Source: Myxococcota bacterium
GTDB taxonomy: Bacteria > Myxococcota_A > SURF-8
Length of the DNA stretch: 64,000 nt
Direction: 5' to 3'
Assembly (NCBI GenBank): GCA_963674735.2
Contig: CAXXQS010000001.1
Location: 512,001-576,000, forward strand
Notes under the pieces: generated by a model
What the model was told of the DNA's origin: nothing
Database searches by the model: none
What the model saw: only the letters and a program-made list of their open reading frames with translations
Made by a program: the position numbers and the translations under genes
Shown here: in pieces, positions 50,850-61,023 of the stretch
Position numbering within the stretch: position 1 is the first letter of the stretch
Layout of the letters: each line of letters starts with the position of its first letter

Positions 50850-51131
50850 GAATTACTGAATTACTTCTAGCTAGATAACTACGTATTCGAATCCATGATC
50901 GAACACCAATTCGGTGAGACGGGTTTCGGGACGGGTTTTGAATACATGGAATGGATTATACTGTAGCGGAAAACGGTCTCTCGGGTTTACAGAGGCAATC
51001 GTCGCGCATACCCGCGCCACCAAGTGGACGGACGAGCCGCACGCCACTTGGTGGCGCGGCTCCGCCTATACGCCGATTGCCAACGGGTTATATATAAACG
51101 TGTTTAACATATTTTCGAAAGTAGAAATAAG

Positions 51132-52484
51132 TTATTGGTTGTTGCTGTTATTATCATTGTGTTGTTTCCTTCGTGCGATAGAGTCAAGCGTTGATAAGGC
51201 TTGTTTCTCAAGCTTATGTAATTCTCCTGTCAATTCTCTATCACCGTCATCTTTCAGATCAGCTCTGTAGTGAAATACAGCATTAAAATGTTTTTCATAT
51301 AATGCAGCAATGGACTCGGGGCACTCTAAATAGAAATCGAGCATGGCTTGATTGAATCGGTTCACAAATTCTATGTCCTTAGCCATTGCAAAGCATATGG
51401 GATAACGGTGTAAATGTGTTGGATCAATACGAGAGTTGACATTGGAATTGGAACGTAAAATGTATTGTACGGGGTCGTGTTCTTCTAAAAACGTTTTAAT
51501 CTCATCAATCAGAGGTCCATCCGCTACAACGGAGTTTATTTCCCTGGTCCTCAATGCTTTTGCAAATTGTTCTGCATCATAAGCGTCATACAGTTTGATA
51601 ACATTTCCCCCCAAAGCACTCTTTTCGATAAGATTACACGGCAAATTGGTACGTATGAACTCGTGGCCAACTTCAGAACGAACACAACCAATAGGCCAGA
51701 TTCTGCGTAGCACATTCTCGTTTACAATATCTGAGAAATGAATGTCGTTGCTGGAAGATGAATCATAGTTGAGGAAAATCATCGATACGGGGAATCGAAG
51801 TCCAAGGAACGGCAAACTGAATGCTATTTTTTCTTTTCTAGAACGAAGCGGTGTGCAGGTGCCAATCACGAAATCGGGAACATTATCGTTGCGGTTTAAA
51901 GCGAAAAGTGTTTCGTGGTACCCCTCTAGGTCGTTATACTCGTCAGAACTTCCATGTTTGGCTTTTCTACCCACTTCTTTTTTCTTATGAAAGACTATGC
52001 TGAATTTTCCATAGTTTGCTATCTGAAAAAGAAGGTCTACAAGGAATCCTTTTAGTCCTATTGCTTGACCGGTTCTTTCATCTTTTTCAATTTCAGCGAA
52101 TCCTACCTGTGGCAATATGCCAACCGTCAGATAGTCCATAAGCCGTTTAACGTAATTGCTTGGTTCTTTACGATGTGCATCATAAAGATTTTTGCCTGTA
52201 GTCAAATCAAAGTATTTTGAAAAAGCAATCAGGACATCAAAATCATTGTTGCCGGGTAGATTTTGGCAAATTGCATGAATGATCCCTCTAAGTTGCTGTA
52301 GATTGGGAGTATATGTACCTGATCGAATTTTGCTTAGAGTTGATCGATTGATCTCAGAGGCGATAGCCAATTCTCTAAAACTGTTGAATGGCTTTTCTTT
52401 TCCTACATATCGTTCAAATAATGTTTCTAGCTTCATCATCCTCTCCAAACTTACAAAAGTATTTGTCTTGATGCCATCAAGCAA
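51132..52484 (-). CDS. XRE-type HTH fused to a family-3 solute-binding-like domain
   Basis: FRELAIASEINRSTLSKI...P HTH; GLKGFLVDL...TPLRSRKEKIAFSLPF...VVAD...FAMAKD...FNQAM resembles a PBP2 fold. Confidence 0.6.
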   Translation of the reverse strand: MLDGIKTNTFVSLERMMKLETLFERYVGKEKPFNSFRELAIASEINRSTLSKIRSGTYTPNLQQLRGIIHAICQNLPGNNDFDVLIAFSKYFDLTTGKNLYDAHRKEPSNYVKRLMDYLTVGILPQVGFAEIEKDERTGQAIGLKGFLVDLLFQIANYGKFSIVFHKKKEVGRKAKHGSSDEYNDLEGYHETLFALNRNDNVPDFVIGTCTPLRSRKEKIAFSLPFLGLRFPVSMIFLNYDSSSSNDIHFSDIVNENVLRRIWPIGCVRSEVGHEFIRTNLPCNLIEKSALGGNVIKLYDAYDAEQFAKALRTREINSVVADGPLIDEIKTFLEEHDPVQYILRSNSNVNSRIDPTHLHRYPICFAMAKDIEFVNRFNQAMLDFYLECPESIAALYEKHFNAVFHYRADLKDDGDRELTGELHKLEKQALSTLDSIARRKQHNDNNSNNQ

Positions 52485-52877
52485 TTAAATGTTCTAGATA
52501 TTATATCAGAAATTCCATTAAACAGCAAAAAAAACAATAAGATACGTGCAATTAACGGCAAAATACTGCATTGCAGCTTGACGCAGTGTTCATGATATGG
52601 TATCAGAACACTAGTCGCTGATAAGTGGGCCGTCCCTTGCACGAACGGCCCTGACGATTACGCTTTGACAATCAGAGGAAGCGCTCTCGCCGTTGGGTTT
52701 CCAAGTAGTGACGACTGTTGGTTGGCATCAGCGTCACTACAATAACGGATTCCCAGGCAAAGATTACCATGCGACGGATCGGAATTCCAGCCTTTAAAGG
52801 TTGACGTGATCCAAACATGTGGTCTTGGCGCTTCTTCCTAAGTGCCTGTATTACAATGGGAAATGGAGGAGCAAGCC

Positions 52878-53051
52878 ATGAGTCAAAGAATCCTGAAAAC
52901 AGTTGTCCTTTTCTTCTTCCTACTTTTTTTCTCCTTGCAAGCATTCTACGCATATACGGTTCTGCACTTGCCGGAAATCCCGAAAAGCACTCACGCCACG
53001 GCAACTGGTCGTGAATTGGCCGACTGTTGCGCGTATTGCTGCGTCAAATAA
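52878..53051 (+). CDS. Small secreted Cys-rich peptide (57 aa)
   Basis: GGAGGAG RBS; signal-peptide-like N-terminus; C-terminal CCAYCC. Confidence 0.45.
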   Translation: MSQRILKTVVLFFFLLFFSLQAFYAYTVLHLPEIPKSTHATATGRELADCCAYCCVK

Positions 53052-53135
53052 AAAGCGAAATCGACCTTACCAATCGCAATGCAGCAGGCAATGAACAAAA
53101 ATATCGTTCTGTCTATTAAAGAAAGGGGTTGAAAC

Positions 53136-54077
53136 ATGACTTTGGCAATTGACCGGACAAATCGACTGCTCGCTTGGAATGGTGTGGGACCATTCTCCTG
53201 CTGTGAAACCATATCCATCTATCAACTGCCTGACCTTAAGCTATTGAAAAGGCAGCAGATTATGGTTCTATCTGATGCGATGCGAGATCATCTCTGTTTT
53301 TCTCCGAGTGGAAAATTCCTTTTTGCCTTGGGAGGCTGGGCTTACCAATCGGATGGTCTTGACGCTTATGATGTTGATTCCCTCCGGTTTGTCTGGTCGC
53401 ATTTTGCCGATCAGCCCGGCAACCGCCTTGCATTTTCACCTGATGAAAAAAAGGTCGCGATTATAGCTGGCTGTAAACATTATGTGAGTCTCCTTGAAAT
53501 CAACAATGGAACACAGTTAAAGAAAATTCAGTGCTTTCCAGGCGAGCACATGGCCTCCGATTTGGCAGGTTTTTCACAAAACGGCTCGTGTATCCTCACG
53601 GTTGAAGACGGTTTCATTTCAACCATCCAAATTGATAACGAAAAGGAAATCGAACGGAAGCAAATTGGTGCTACCAATGCGTGGATTTTCGACGTGTGGT
53701 TCAGCAATGGCACGTTGAACGGCTTGAGCTTTGACCATGATTCCAGTGGAGCAATCTACTGGAAAGATCATTGTCCCCAGCCCGGTTCATTTCCAATCCC
53801 TTCCGCCCGATGGAGCGGGAATACAGTTTCCCATAATGGACAGTATTTGGCTGTTACAGCGGATTACAGCGTGGAGAAAGAACCGTGGCCGATCTATCTG
53901 TTTGACCTAGAGGCCACACTACCCATTTGGTGTGGAATCGATGAAGAAAATCCTGAGATGGTTATCAGTATGGCGGTAACTGATGATGGTGAGATGCTTT
54001 TCAGCGAATACGCTGGTAACAAGGTCGCAGTTTACAATCCCAAGAGTGATTCACGACCCACACAATGGCTGGAGTAA
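53136..54077 (+). CDS. WD40/beta-propeller-like protein
   Basis: Repeated FSPSGK, FSPDEK, FSQNG, VSHNGQYLAV and VTDDG blade motifs. Confidence 0.7.
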   Translation: MTLAIDRTNRLLAWNGVGPFSCCETISIYQLPDLKLLKRQQIMVLSDAMRDHLCFSPSGKFLFALGGWAYQSDGLDAYDVDSLRFVWSHFADQPGNRLAFSPDEKKVAIIAGCKHYVSLLEINNGTQLKKIQCFPGEHMASDLAGFSQNGSCILTVEDGFISTIQIDNEKEIERKQIGATNAWIFDVWFSNGTLNGLSFDHDSSGAIYWKDHCPQPGSFPIPSARWSGNTVSHNGQYLAVTADYSVEKEPWPIYLFDLEATLPIWCGIDEENPEMVISMAVTDDGEMLFSEYAGNKVAVYNPKSDSRPTQWLE

Positions 54078-54082
54078 ATTCA

Positions 54083-54799
54083 ATGTGCGCGAAATCGACT
54101 ATCGAATGGACGGAAGCGACGTGGAATCCGGTCACGGGTTGCACGAAAATCAGCCCCGGCTGCATCAACTGCTACGCCGTACGAATGGCAAAACGCCTTA
54201 AGGGAATGGGGCAGAAGAACTATGTTAACGGATTTAAGGTAAGCCTACATGACCACATGCTCAATAAGCCGCTAACCTGGAAAAAGCCGCAACGAATCTT
54301 CGTCAACAGCATGAGCGATCTGTTTCATCAAGATGTACCCATGGAGTTCATCCAACGGGTATTCGAAATCATGAACAAAGCGGACTGGCATCAATACCAG
54401 ATTTTGACGAAGCGATCTAGCCGACTCGCCGAGTTGAGTAGTGATCTGCCCTGGTCATCCCATATTTGGATGGGTGTTACGGTTGAAAACGCTGATTGTG
54501 TGCATCGAATTGAGAATCTGCGGAAAACCGGTGCTCATCTAAAATTCTTATCCCTCGAACCTCTGCTTAGCCCGCTTGAACATTTGCCACTTGATGGCAT
54601 TGATTGGGTCATCGTCGGAGGGGAATCGGGGCCGGGAGCTCGCCCAATGGAACGGGAATGGGTGTTGGACGTCCGTAACCAATGCCATGAGGCGCATGTT
54701 CCGTTCTTTTTTAAGCAATGGGGAGGCGTTCACAAGAAAAAGGCTGGTCGAGTCTTGGATGGCCGCACCTATGATGAAATACCATCAGTTATATCGTAA
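54083..54799 (+). CDS. DUF5131 / phage Gp37-Gp68 family (radical-SAM-like) protein
   Basis: IEWTEATWNPVTGCTKISPGCINCYA; FVNSMSDLFH; WVIVGGESG; FFFKQWGG. Confidence 0.92.
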   Translation: MCAKSTIEWTEATWNPVTGCTKISPGCINCYAVRMAKRLKGMGQKNYVNGFKVSLHDHMLNKPLTWKKPQRIFVNSMSDLFHQDVPMEFIQRVFEIMNKADWHQYQILTKRSSRLAELSSDLPWSSHIWMGVTVENADCVHRIENLRKTGAHLKFLSLEPLLSPLEHLPLDGIDWVIVGGESGPGARPMEREWVLDVRNQCHEAHVPFFFKQWGGVHKKKAGRVLDGRTYDEIPSVIS

Positions 54800-55044
54800 C
54801 CATACCAAACAACTGGAGACTTACGATGAAAATATATTCAGAAACATTGTTGTTTAGGAAAATACCGCCAATACTCATTTGGGGAAGCCATGATAAATGG
54901 TTAATCCCCAATCGCCACATCAGACGCGCCTTGGGGATTGAATTCTGCACGGTTCTTTTCGCGACGCCCGCAGATCCTATAAACGGAGACGCGGGCGTCA
55001 TTTATTTTATGACCTTCATACGAAGGAGAAAAAGGAGGTGGGCC

Positions 55045-56466
55045 ATGTCGGCTCAAGGAAACAGAAATGGCGGCTCGAAACCAGGAGGGGGCGAATTTCT
55101 CGGAGTGATTATTGGCGGAGGACTCGTTCTCTTCATTGTCGTCAAGGTAATCGAAGGCGTTGTCCTGATCGTCGTGCCCATCATTGCGATGGCCTATGAA
55201 GGTGTGTTGAGGTTGATCGATATCATTGTGGCCGGAATCTGCCTGACGCTGGCCGTCTCGGTGGCCTCTATCGGTCTTGGGATTCTCATCGATATGCTGA
55301 GGCCTATGCTTAGGAGTTTTTCTTTGCGGCAGCGTGTTCACAATGCCGTCAAAACCTGCGCCTATCCCACAATCAACGCCTTTCGCTCAGGCGAGTCTGC
55401 CTCGGATACGGATCGCTTCATGGCCGAACCTTTGGCCGCGAAATACAAAAAGGATTTCGGACAGTATCCGGATGCAAGCACGTTTTACCGCGATCTGGAT
55501 TCGTTCAATCAGTACAAGCGCCTTCACATGGTATCATTGATGCTGAACGACTGCGCCGGGCAGGTCAATGACTGCTTCATCTCGCCCATGTTCGCCGCGT
55601 ACCTAACGGGCGAAAACAAGGAACTGGTTCGTCAGGTGGACGCCGTCATTAGCGCCGAGCGCATCAGCCATCCCGCCCTGTACACAGCGCGGGTGTTGAA
55701 CACGCTGTCTTTCGGCAAGTTGTTCAGAAAGACCAGCCAGAACGTCCGCTACGCCGATCCGGCGGATCTGCGAAATAACGAGCTTTACCTCAAGCAGCTC
55801 CTGCTGATTTTCTTTTTCCGCGCATTGCCGGACATCGAGCGCTATTTCCATCCGATCATCCATCTGGAGCCGAGAGAGCAGGCTATCGACTCGGAGTGGC
55901 ATGAAGCCGAATCGGAACCTCTCCTTCTTAATTACCAAGCTTCGCATGACCCTTTCGATTCGCGCGGTTATGCACAGGAAACCGATAGCACACAGGAAGG
56001 CGATGTTTTCGACGCCGATTTCGCGGATGTCGCCGAATTGCAACGGCAGTCCACATCTCGCGTGGAGGATATCTTCGCTCCATTTCAGATGGATTCCGAC
56101 CTTTGGAACGATCCCGAAGTGTTACTGTACGGAATGCACGACAGTCTTCAGGCGGAGTTGCCGATTCATCCCGATCCGGACACGATCCATCAACAGCTTG
56201 CGTTTTTGGCAACGGCCATCGAACGGCTTCCGGCATTCGAGGCCGAATTCAACGCACACATGAACCGCGACTACGAAGAGGGCGAAGGCTGGCCGACGAG
56301 CTGGTTGCAGGCGGCTTCGGCGGAACTCGGCGATGATTGGTTTGCGATCAACAGCATGACTCAGTTCAAGCGCATAGCGTTGCGCCATTTTCTGTCGAAT
56401 TGGGTGGCATTGTCCCCTGACGGCAACGACGATCACTCAACCACCGCCGTTGTGGCGGGATTCTAA
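55045..56466 (+). CDS. Hypothetical membrane protein
   Basis: AGGAGGT RBS before ATG 55045; N-terminal TM helices. Confidence 0.65.
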   Translation: MSAQGNRNGGSKPGGGEFLGVIIGGGLVLFIVVKVIEGVVLIVVPIIAMAYEGVLRLIDIIVAGICLTLAVSVASIGLGILIDMLRPMLRSFSLRQRVHNAVKTCAYPTINAFRSGESASDTDRFMAEPLAAKYKKDFGQYPDASTFYRDLDSFNQYKRLHMVSLMLNDCAGQVNDCFISPMFAAYLTGENKELVRQVDAVISAERISHPALYTARVLNTLSFGKLFRKTSQNVRYADPADLRNNELYLKQLLLIFFFRALPDIERYFHPIIHLEPREQAIDSEWHEAESEPLLLNYQASHDPFDSRGYAQETDSTQEGDVFDADFADVAELQRQSTSRVEDIFAPFQMDSDLWNDPEVLLYGMHDSLQAELPIHPDPDTIHQQLAFLATAIERLPAFEAEFNAHMNRDYEEGEGWPTSWLQAASAELGDDWFAINSMTQFKRIALRHFLSNWVALSPDGNDDHSTTAVVAGF

Positions 56467-56480
56467 AAGGAGGGATTCCC

Positions 56481-57716
56481 ATGCCCGGAAATCCGCAAGC
56501 CTATTACAAATGGAACAAGGCCTCTCCGTATGTCGTACTTGCGACACAGATCGCATCCTTCATCTTCGTGATTTTCGCCCTGCTCGGCGACGCCCCATCG
56601 AGCGACTTTGAGAGCAAGGTTCTGATTTTCGTCAAGGCCTTTCTCGCCGCAGCCATCGGTACAGGAGGATGGATTTTCTTCTTCCAGCAATTGCCGCGCT
56701 GCACTTCACCGCAGGAAAAGAAAAAGCTCTGGTTCGGTCTGGTGCTCTATCTTTTCCTCGTTCTTTCGATCTCAAGCACTCTGGGAGGTATTGGGGCCGT
56801 GGGCAATCAGGCCCGCCATTACCTCATCATGAAAACCATCGAGAACGCGGAAGCGGCCTATACGCACCTCATCAAGCAACGCTGGCAACTCGAAACTATT
56901 CTTCCTCCTCTCATCAGCGCGCGAAGCGTATTCGAAAGCGCGGCCAAGCGCGAACGCACGGGCGGCTTGCTTTCCGGTCGTAGCGGACCCGGAAAAATCG
57001 TCGCGGCAGTGCAAGGGCTTGAAGATGGCTATGGCCGTGTGGAAGAGGCGTTGAAGGCCGAGATCAAACAGACGGAACGCCTGCACACCAAGGGCTCGCG
57101 GCTTTTGGACGAGTTGCGTTTGATCGCCAACGACCGCTCACAGACCACAAATGAGAAATACGAGCGCCTTGCTCCGTTGTATTCGACTCTGAAAGGGCTT
57201 TTTCTGGATCTGCAAAAAGATGCAGTATCGCCGATCATCGCCGAAGTCGAACGGATTGACCGCCTGTATCTTCTTAAAAGCGATCCGGAAACCGAAGCAG
57301 TTCTGGCTGCGCTCAAGCAGCCCATGGCAGAAACCAAAGCCATGATTCTGGACGCCGCCGAGAAAATCAGAAGCCTTCCCATTCAAACGCCGAGTTTTCG
57401 CATCGTGGGTAGCTTTGAAGCCGTCATAAGCACATCATACCTTTATTATGCGGTAATATACTCGTTGTCGGTCGACTTCATCATCAATTTCGCCGTTTTG
57501 CTTATCTTGAATTTCCTGGCCTCCGGTATTCGCCAGTCGAGCGGGATTCCGAAGCCGCCGCAAAATTCTTCGGGACATTCGAATAGCCTGTTCCGCATGC
57601 CGGAGCGAGTTCCAATGGCGGCCAAACCGAAACCGCAGGAGAACCATTTACCTGCGGCAAAGCCGAGAAACAGCAATGGTAGTGCAACGAGTGCGGATCA
57701 GCCGATGGGATTTTGA
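56481..57716 (+). CDS. Hypothetical membrane protein (3 TM + coiled coil + TM)
   Basis: Hydrophobicity pattern; SGRSGPG motif; in an operon with the coupling protein. Confidence 0.7.
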   Translation: MPGNPQAYYKWNKASPYVVLATQIASFIFVIFALLGDAPSSDFESKVLIFVKAFLAAAIGTGGWIFFFQQLPRCTSPQEKKKLWFGLVLYLFLVLSISSTLGGIGAVGNQARHYLIMKTIENAEAAYTHLIKQRWQLETILPPLISARSVFESAAKRERTGGLLSGRSGPGKIVAAVQGLEDGYGRVEEALKAEIKQTERLHTKGSRLLDELRLIANDRSQTTNEKYERLAPLYSTLKGLFLDLQKDAVSPIIAEVERIDRLYLLKSDPETEAVLAALKQPMAETKAMILDAAEKIRSLPIQTPSFRIVGSFEAVISTSYLYYAVIYSLSVDFIINFAVLLILNFLASGIRQSSGIPKPPQNSSGHSNSLFRMPERVPMAAKPKPQENHLPAAKPRNSNGSATSADQPMGF

Positions 57717-57725
57717 GGGCAACTC

Positions 57726-60065
57726 ATGAAGAAACGACCGGAATGTAAAACAAAGAACCAGCCGCAGGGCGTTCGCCTGGGTGCACGCATCGACTCAGGC
57801 GAACCTCTGTGGCTATCGTACAAGGCACGCAAGCGCCATGTTTACATTCTCGGAGTGAGTGGATCGGGAAAAAGCTATCTAATGTCCGATATGGCTTGCC
57901 AAGATATAGAGAATAATATTCACGGTTATGCTGCCATAGATTTTATTGAAACATTCGTGCCATACGTTAGGCAATATGTGGCCTCTTTGCGGCGTTTTGC
58001 CGATTTGAAGGCGCGGACGCAATACCGCATTATCAATAAGCGTATCAAGAAACATTATCAGAAGAGACTCGATAAAGTCGAGATCTTGACATTTGAAGAT
58101 CACCAATCGGATCAATCGATTCCCCAATACCATTTCAATCCCATCGAGCGTGTCAACAATATGAGTACCGAAGACTGTACGTCGGATGTTATGAAATGCT
58201 TCGATCTGATCGAGAACACAGGCTCGGGCGATTCCAGCGGCTTGAATCAACAGAAGCTTCGGCAACTAAACTTCAGAACAGGTATAAGTCTGGCCTGCGA
58301 GTTGGGCGCGACAATCCTTGATGTTCCCGCCATGTTCGACATGAATGAAAGCCAGTTGCAGGACTTCATTACACGCCTCGACAATCAGGCGCGTGCGGAA
58401 GGACGTGTTCTGAGGCTGGAATTTGTGCGTGACTATTATCAGAAATTCATCGCTCGGGCCACCGGAAAGGAACTGAGGGATATCCTATTCTCGACCTACA
58501 CCGGCATCGGCCAATTCGAAAATGACCCTATCGTACGCAACTTTCTATCAGCCAGACATAGTAATCTGGATCTTTACAAAATCGTCAACGAAGGCGGCTT
58601 CCTTTTGATCGATCTTAGCCATTGTCATGACTACCAAAGTAAACGTATCCTAGGCGGACTTATATTGAATAGAATCCACACAATATGTGAGCGTCGAACT
58701 CCCGAACAGCGCAAGAATTTGTTCACGGTATACGCAGACGAGTTCCATCATTTGCTAAGCGACTACTATATGACAGCAATATCATACATACGTAACTATG
58801 GCTACTGCATGATCTTAAGCCACCAAGACCAATCCCAATTGAAAAATTTACTCGGCGACAAAATGCTGCGCAGCATTCAGGGAAACGCAGGCACACACCT
58901 CTATTTCCAGTTATCGACCGAAGATTCCTTCGATGCGGCCTATCGCACGTATTTTCCACTTGGGTTAACCCTCAAACAGGAACTCATCGAAGAATCCGAG
59001 ACCATCCAGTTCTCACGTGCATGGTCGCGCTCGAAAGGCATTTCGGACGCCACCGGGCGTGCCCTGGCGAATTCCGAAAGCACGACGCACACGCTCTCCA
59101 ATGGCTTGCAGTTTTCATATACGGAAAACAAGGGGGTCAGCAAAGCCCGATTCGAAAGCCATGGATTGACCATCACCGAGGGTGAAAATTGGACGCGCGC
59201 CGAATCGGATACGGAAGGCGTCAGCATCACGGTTTCCGAAAATGAAACCACCGTCCAAGGCACAGGGACTGGGTTTTCCACCACCGAAGCCAGAGGCGAA
59301 AGCGAATCACGCACGAGCGGACGCTCGACGGGGCGAAGCCAAAACGAGGGTCTTTCGGACATGCTGGTGTTCGATTCGGATGGGCGCGGCATGCGCTTCA
59401 TGCAGAGCAGCGGCGCAAGTGAATCGGTCTCCGACAATCACAGCGTCGGCACGCATCTGTCCAACGCTATTTCGAAAGTCATCGCCGCCAGCCGATCCGT
59501 GGCCAACGGAAAGGGCAAAGCCACTTCGAATTCGCACAGCCACTCTCTTACGAATAGCATCGGAGGAAGCCACAGCGAAAGCCAGAGCCAGAGCGTCAGC
59601 GAGGGGTTGTCCGTCATTCAGGGCGTCAGCAAGAGCGTGGGCAAAAGCCTGACGGAAGGGGTGTCGGAAGGAAAAACCCGAACCGAAACCCGTAGCCGCA
59701 CCCATACGGAATCGGAGACGTTTAGCGAACTGTTTGGCATCTCTTATGGGCGCACCCGAAAGAAGACCCGACAATTCTACTCCATAGACGAAGATGCCAG
59801 GGCCCAGAGTTACAAACTCGCTACCCAAAAAGCCCGCCACGCGACCATGCTCGACAAGGTGACCGGCGCGGTGGCGGAATTCCGCACTGACGACATGCCC
59901 ACCGAGTTCGATCTCATGCTCGGCAAAACCGATTACAAGGCCTTGCTCGAAAAAGAATGTGCGCCGCCTGCGGTGACGCTCGAAGAGAAGCCTGCATTGG
60001 TTGAGCTTTCCGAAAAGGTTCTCGCGGAATTGAAAAAGAAGAAGAAAACCCCGGAGGGATTCTGA
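57726..60065 (+). CDS. VirD4/TraD-like type IV coupling ATPase with long Ser/Thr/Gly-rich insert
   Basis: RHVYILGVSGSGKS Walker A; VYADEFH Walker B; RNYG...SHQDQSQL...GNAGT. Confidence 0.82.
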   Translation: MKKRPECKTKNQPQGVRLGARIDSGEPLWLSYKARKRHVYILGVSGSGKSYLMSDMACQDIENNIHGYAAIDFIETFVPYVRQYVASLRRFADLKARTQYRIINKRIKKHYQKRLDKVEILTFEDHQSDQSIPQYHFNPIERVNNMSTEDCTSDVMKCFDLIENTGSGDSSGLNQQKLRQLNFRTGISLACELGATILDVPAMFDMNESQLQDFITRLDNQARAEGRVLRLEFVRDYYQKFIARATGKELRDILFSTYTGIGQFENDPIVRNFLSARHSNLDLYKIVNEGGFLLIDLSHCHDYQSKRILGGLILNRIHTICERRTPEQRKNLFTVYADEFHHLLSDYYMTAISYIRNYGYCMILSHQDQSQLKNLLGDKMLRSIQGNAGTHLYFQLSTEDSFDAAYRTYFPLGLTLKQELIEESETIQFSRAWSRSKGISDATGRALANSESTTHTLSNGLQFSYTENKGVSKARFESHGLTITEGENWTRAESDTEGVSITVSENETTVQGTGTGFSTTEARGESESRTSGRSTGRSQNEGLSDMLVFDSDGRGMRFMQSSGASESVSDNHSVGTHLSNAISKVIAASRSVANGKGKATSNSHSHSLTNSIGGSHSESQSQSVSEGLSVIQGVSKSVGKSLTEGVSEGKTRTETRSRTHTESETFSELFGISYGRTRKKTRQFYSIDEDARAQSYKLATQKARHATMLDKVTGAVAEFRTDDMPTEFDLMLGKTDYKALLEKECAPPAVTLEEKPALVELSEKVLAELKKKKKTPEGF

Positions 60066-60066
60066 G

Positions 60067-61023
60067 ATGTTTACCGATGGCGATATCCCGATTGTCTGGC
60101 TGTTATTCGAATACCATTTTCTACAAACCGGCCAGCTGGCACGGTTGTTGGAAAGAAGCAGACAGGTCGTGCTTAGACGGCTCAGAGAGTTGGTGCGGCT
60201 GGATTTCGTCAAGCCCTTGAGTACGGGAGTCGCAGAGGAAAACTGTTACGCACTCGGCCCGATGGGCTGGCGATTAATCGCGCACGAACTGAACACCACC
60301 GTCGACAAGCTTCCCTTCTCGAAACGCGGGTCGCGGGCGCTGTCGTTTTTCTGGAAGCACACCCTCCTGACAAACGACATCCGTATTGCATTGGCCAAAA
60401 GCGCCGAGCATCACCCGCACGTAGCGATTCATCGCTACATCCCCGAATGGCAGCAGATCGAGCAGCCGAAACGGCGAGCCAAGCGGGACAAGCATTTGAA
60501 TTATGTCCTTTGGCAGCAGTTGCAGGATGAAAAGACGAAGGCAGTGCATGACCACCGCCCGGATGGCCTTTTTCTCGTCGGCAGACGAAACGATAGTACG
60601 GACGCCCGCGCGGCGCTCTTCATCGAGGCCGATAGAGGCACCGAAAGCATTTCCCACAAAATCAACGCCAAATTCACGGCGTATCGTCTGTACTACGATC
60701 AGAAGCTCTACTTTCAGCAGTTCGACGCAGGCGTCATGCGCGTGCTGTTCTGTCTGTCCAATGTCAAAACGGACCGGCGAATCACAGCCATGCAACACTG
60801 CTTACAGACCATCGCCAAGCAATTGGGCGATCCCGATCCCAAAACGGATGGCACGTCCCCAGCATCCTTCGTTCATGCGTTTCGCTTCACACGTATGGAT
60901 CGCCTTTCCGACACGAGTTCATGGGACTATCCTGTGTTTGAAGACTGGAAAGGTGAAAAGCATGCGCTATTCAAATCACCGGAAAAACAAAACGATCCCG
61001 AAAGTGGGAGCGTGGGAAGATAA
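60067..61023 (+). CDS. Replication-relaxation (Replic_Relax) family protein
   Basis: FLQTGQLARL wHTH; HTLLTND; RPDG...FIEADRGTES...KFTAY. Confidence 0.8.
   Translation: MFTDGDIPIVWLLFEYHFLQTGQLARLLERSRQVVLRRLRELVRLDFVKPLSTGVAEENCYALGPMGWRLIAHELNTTVDKLPFSKRGSRALSFFWKHTLLTNDIRIALAKSAEHHPHVAIHRYIPEWQQIEQPKRRAKRDKHLNYVLWQQLQDEKTKAVHDHRPDGLFLVGRRNDSTDARAALFIEADRGTESISHKINAKFTAYRLYYDQKLYFQQFDAGVMRVLFCLSNVKTDRRITAMQHCLQTIAKQLGDPDPKTDGTSPASFVHAFRFTRMDRLSDTSSWDYPVFEDWKGEKHALFKSPEKQNDPESGSVGR

Noticed and set aside
51125-51137. Third AATAA-G-TTATT core like the Xer-flanking sites
   Set aside because: No palindromic arms; coincides with an AT-rich stop-codon region
52615-52745. Known riboswitch
   Set aside because: Hairpins are present but I recognise no SAM, ZTP or c-di-GMP consensus
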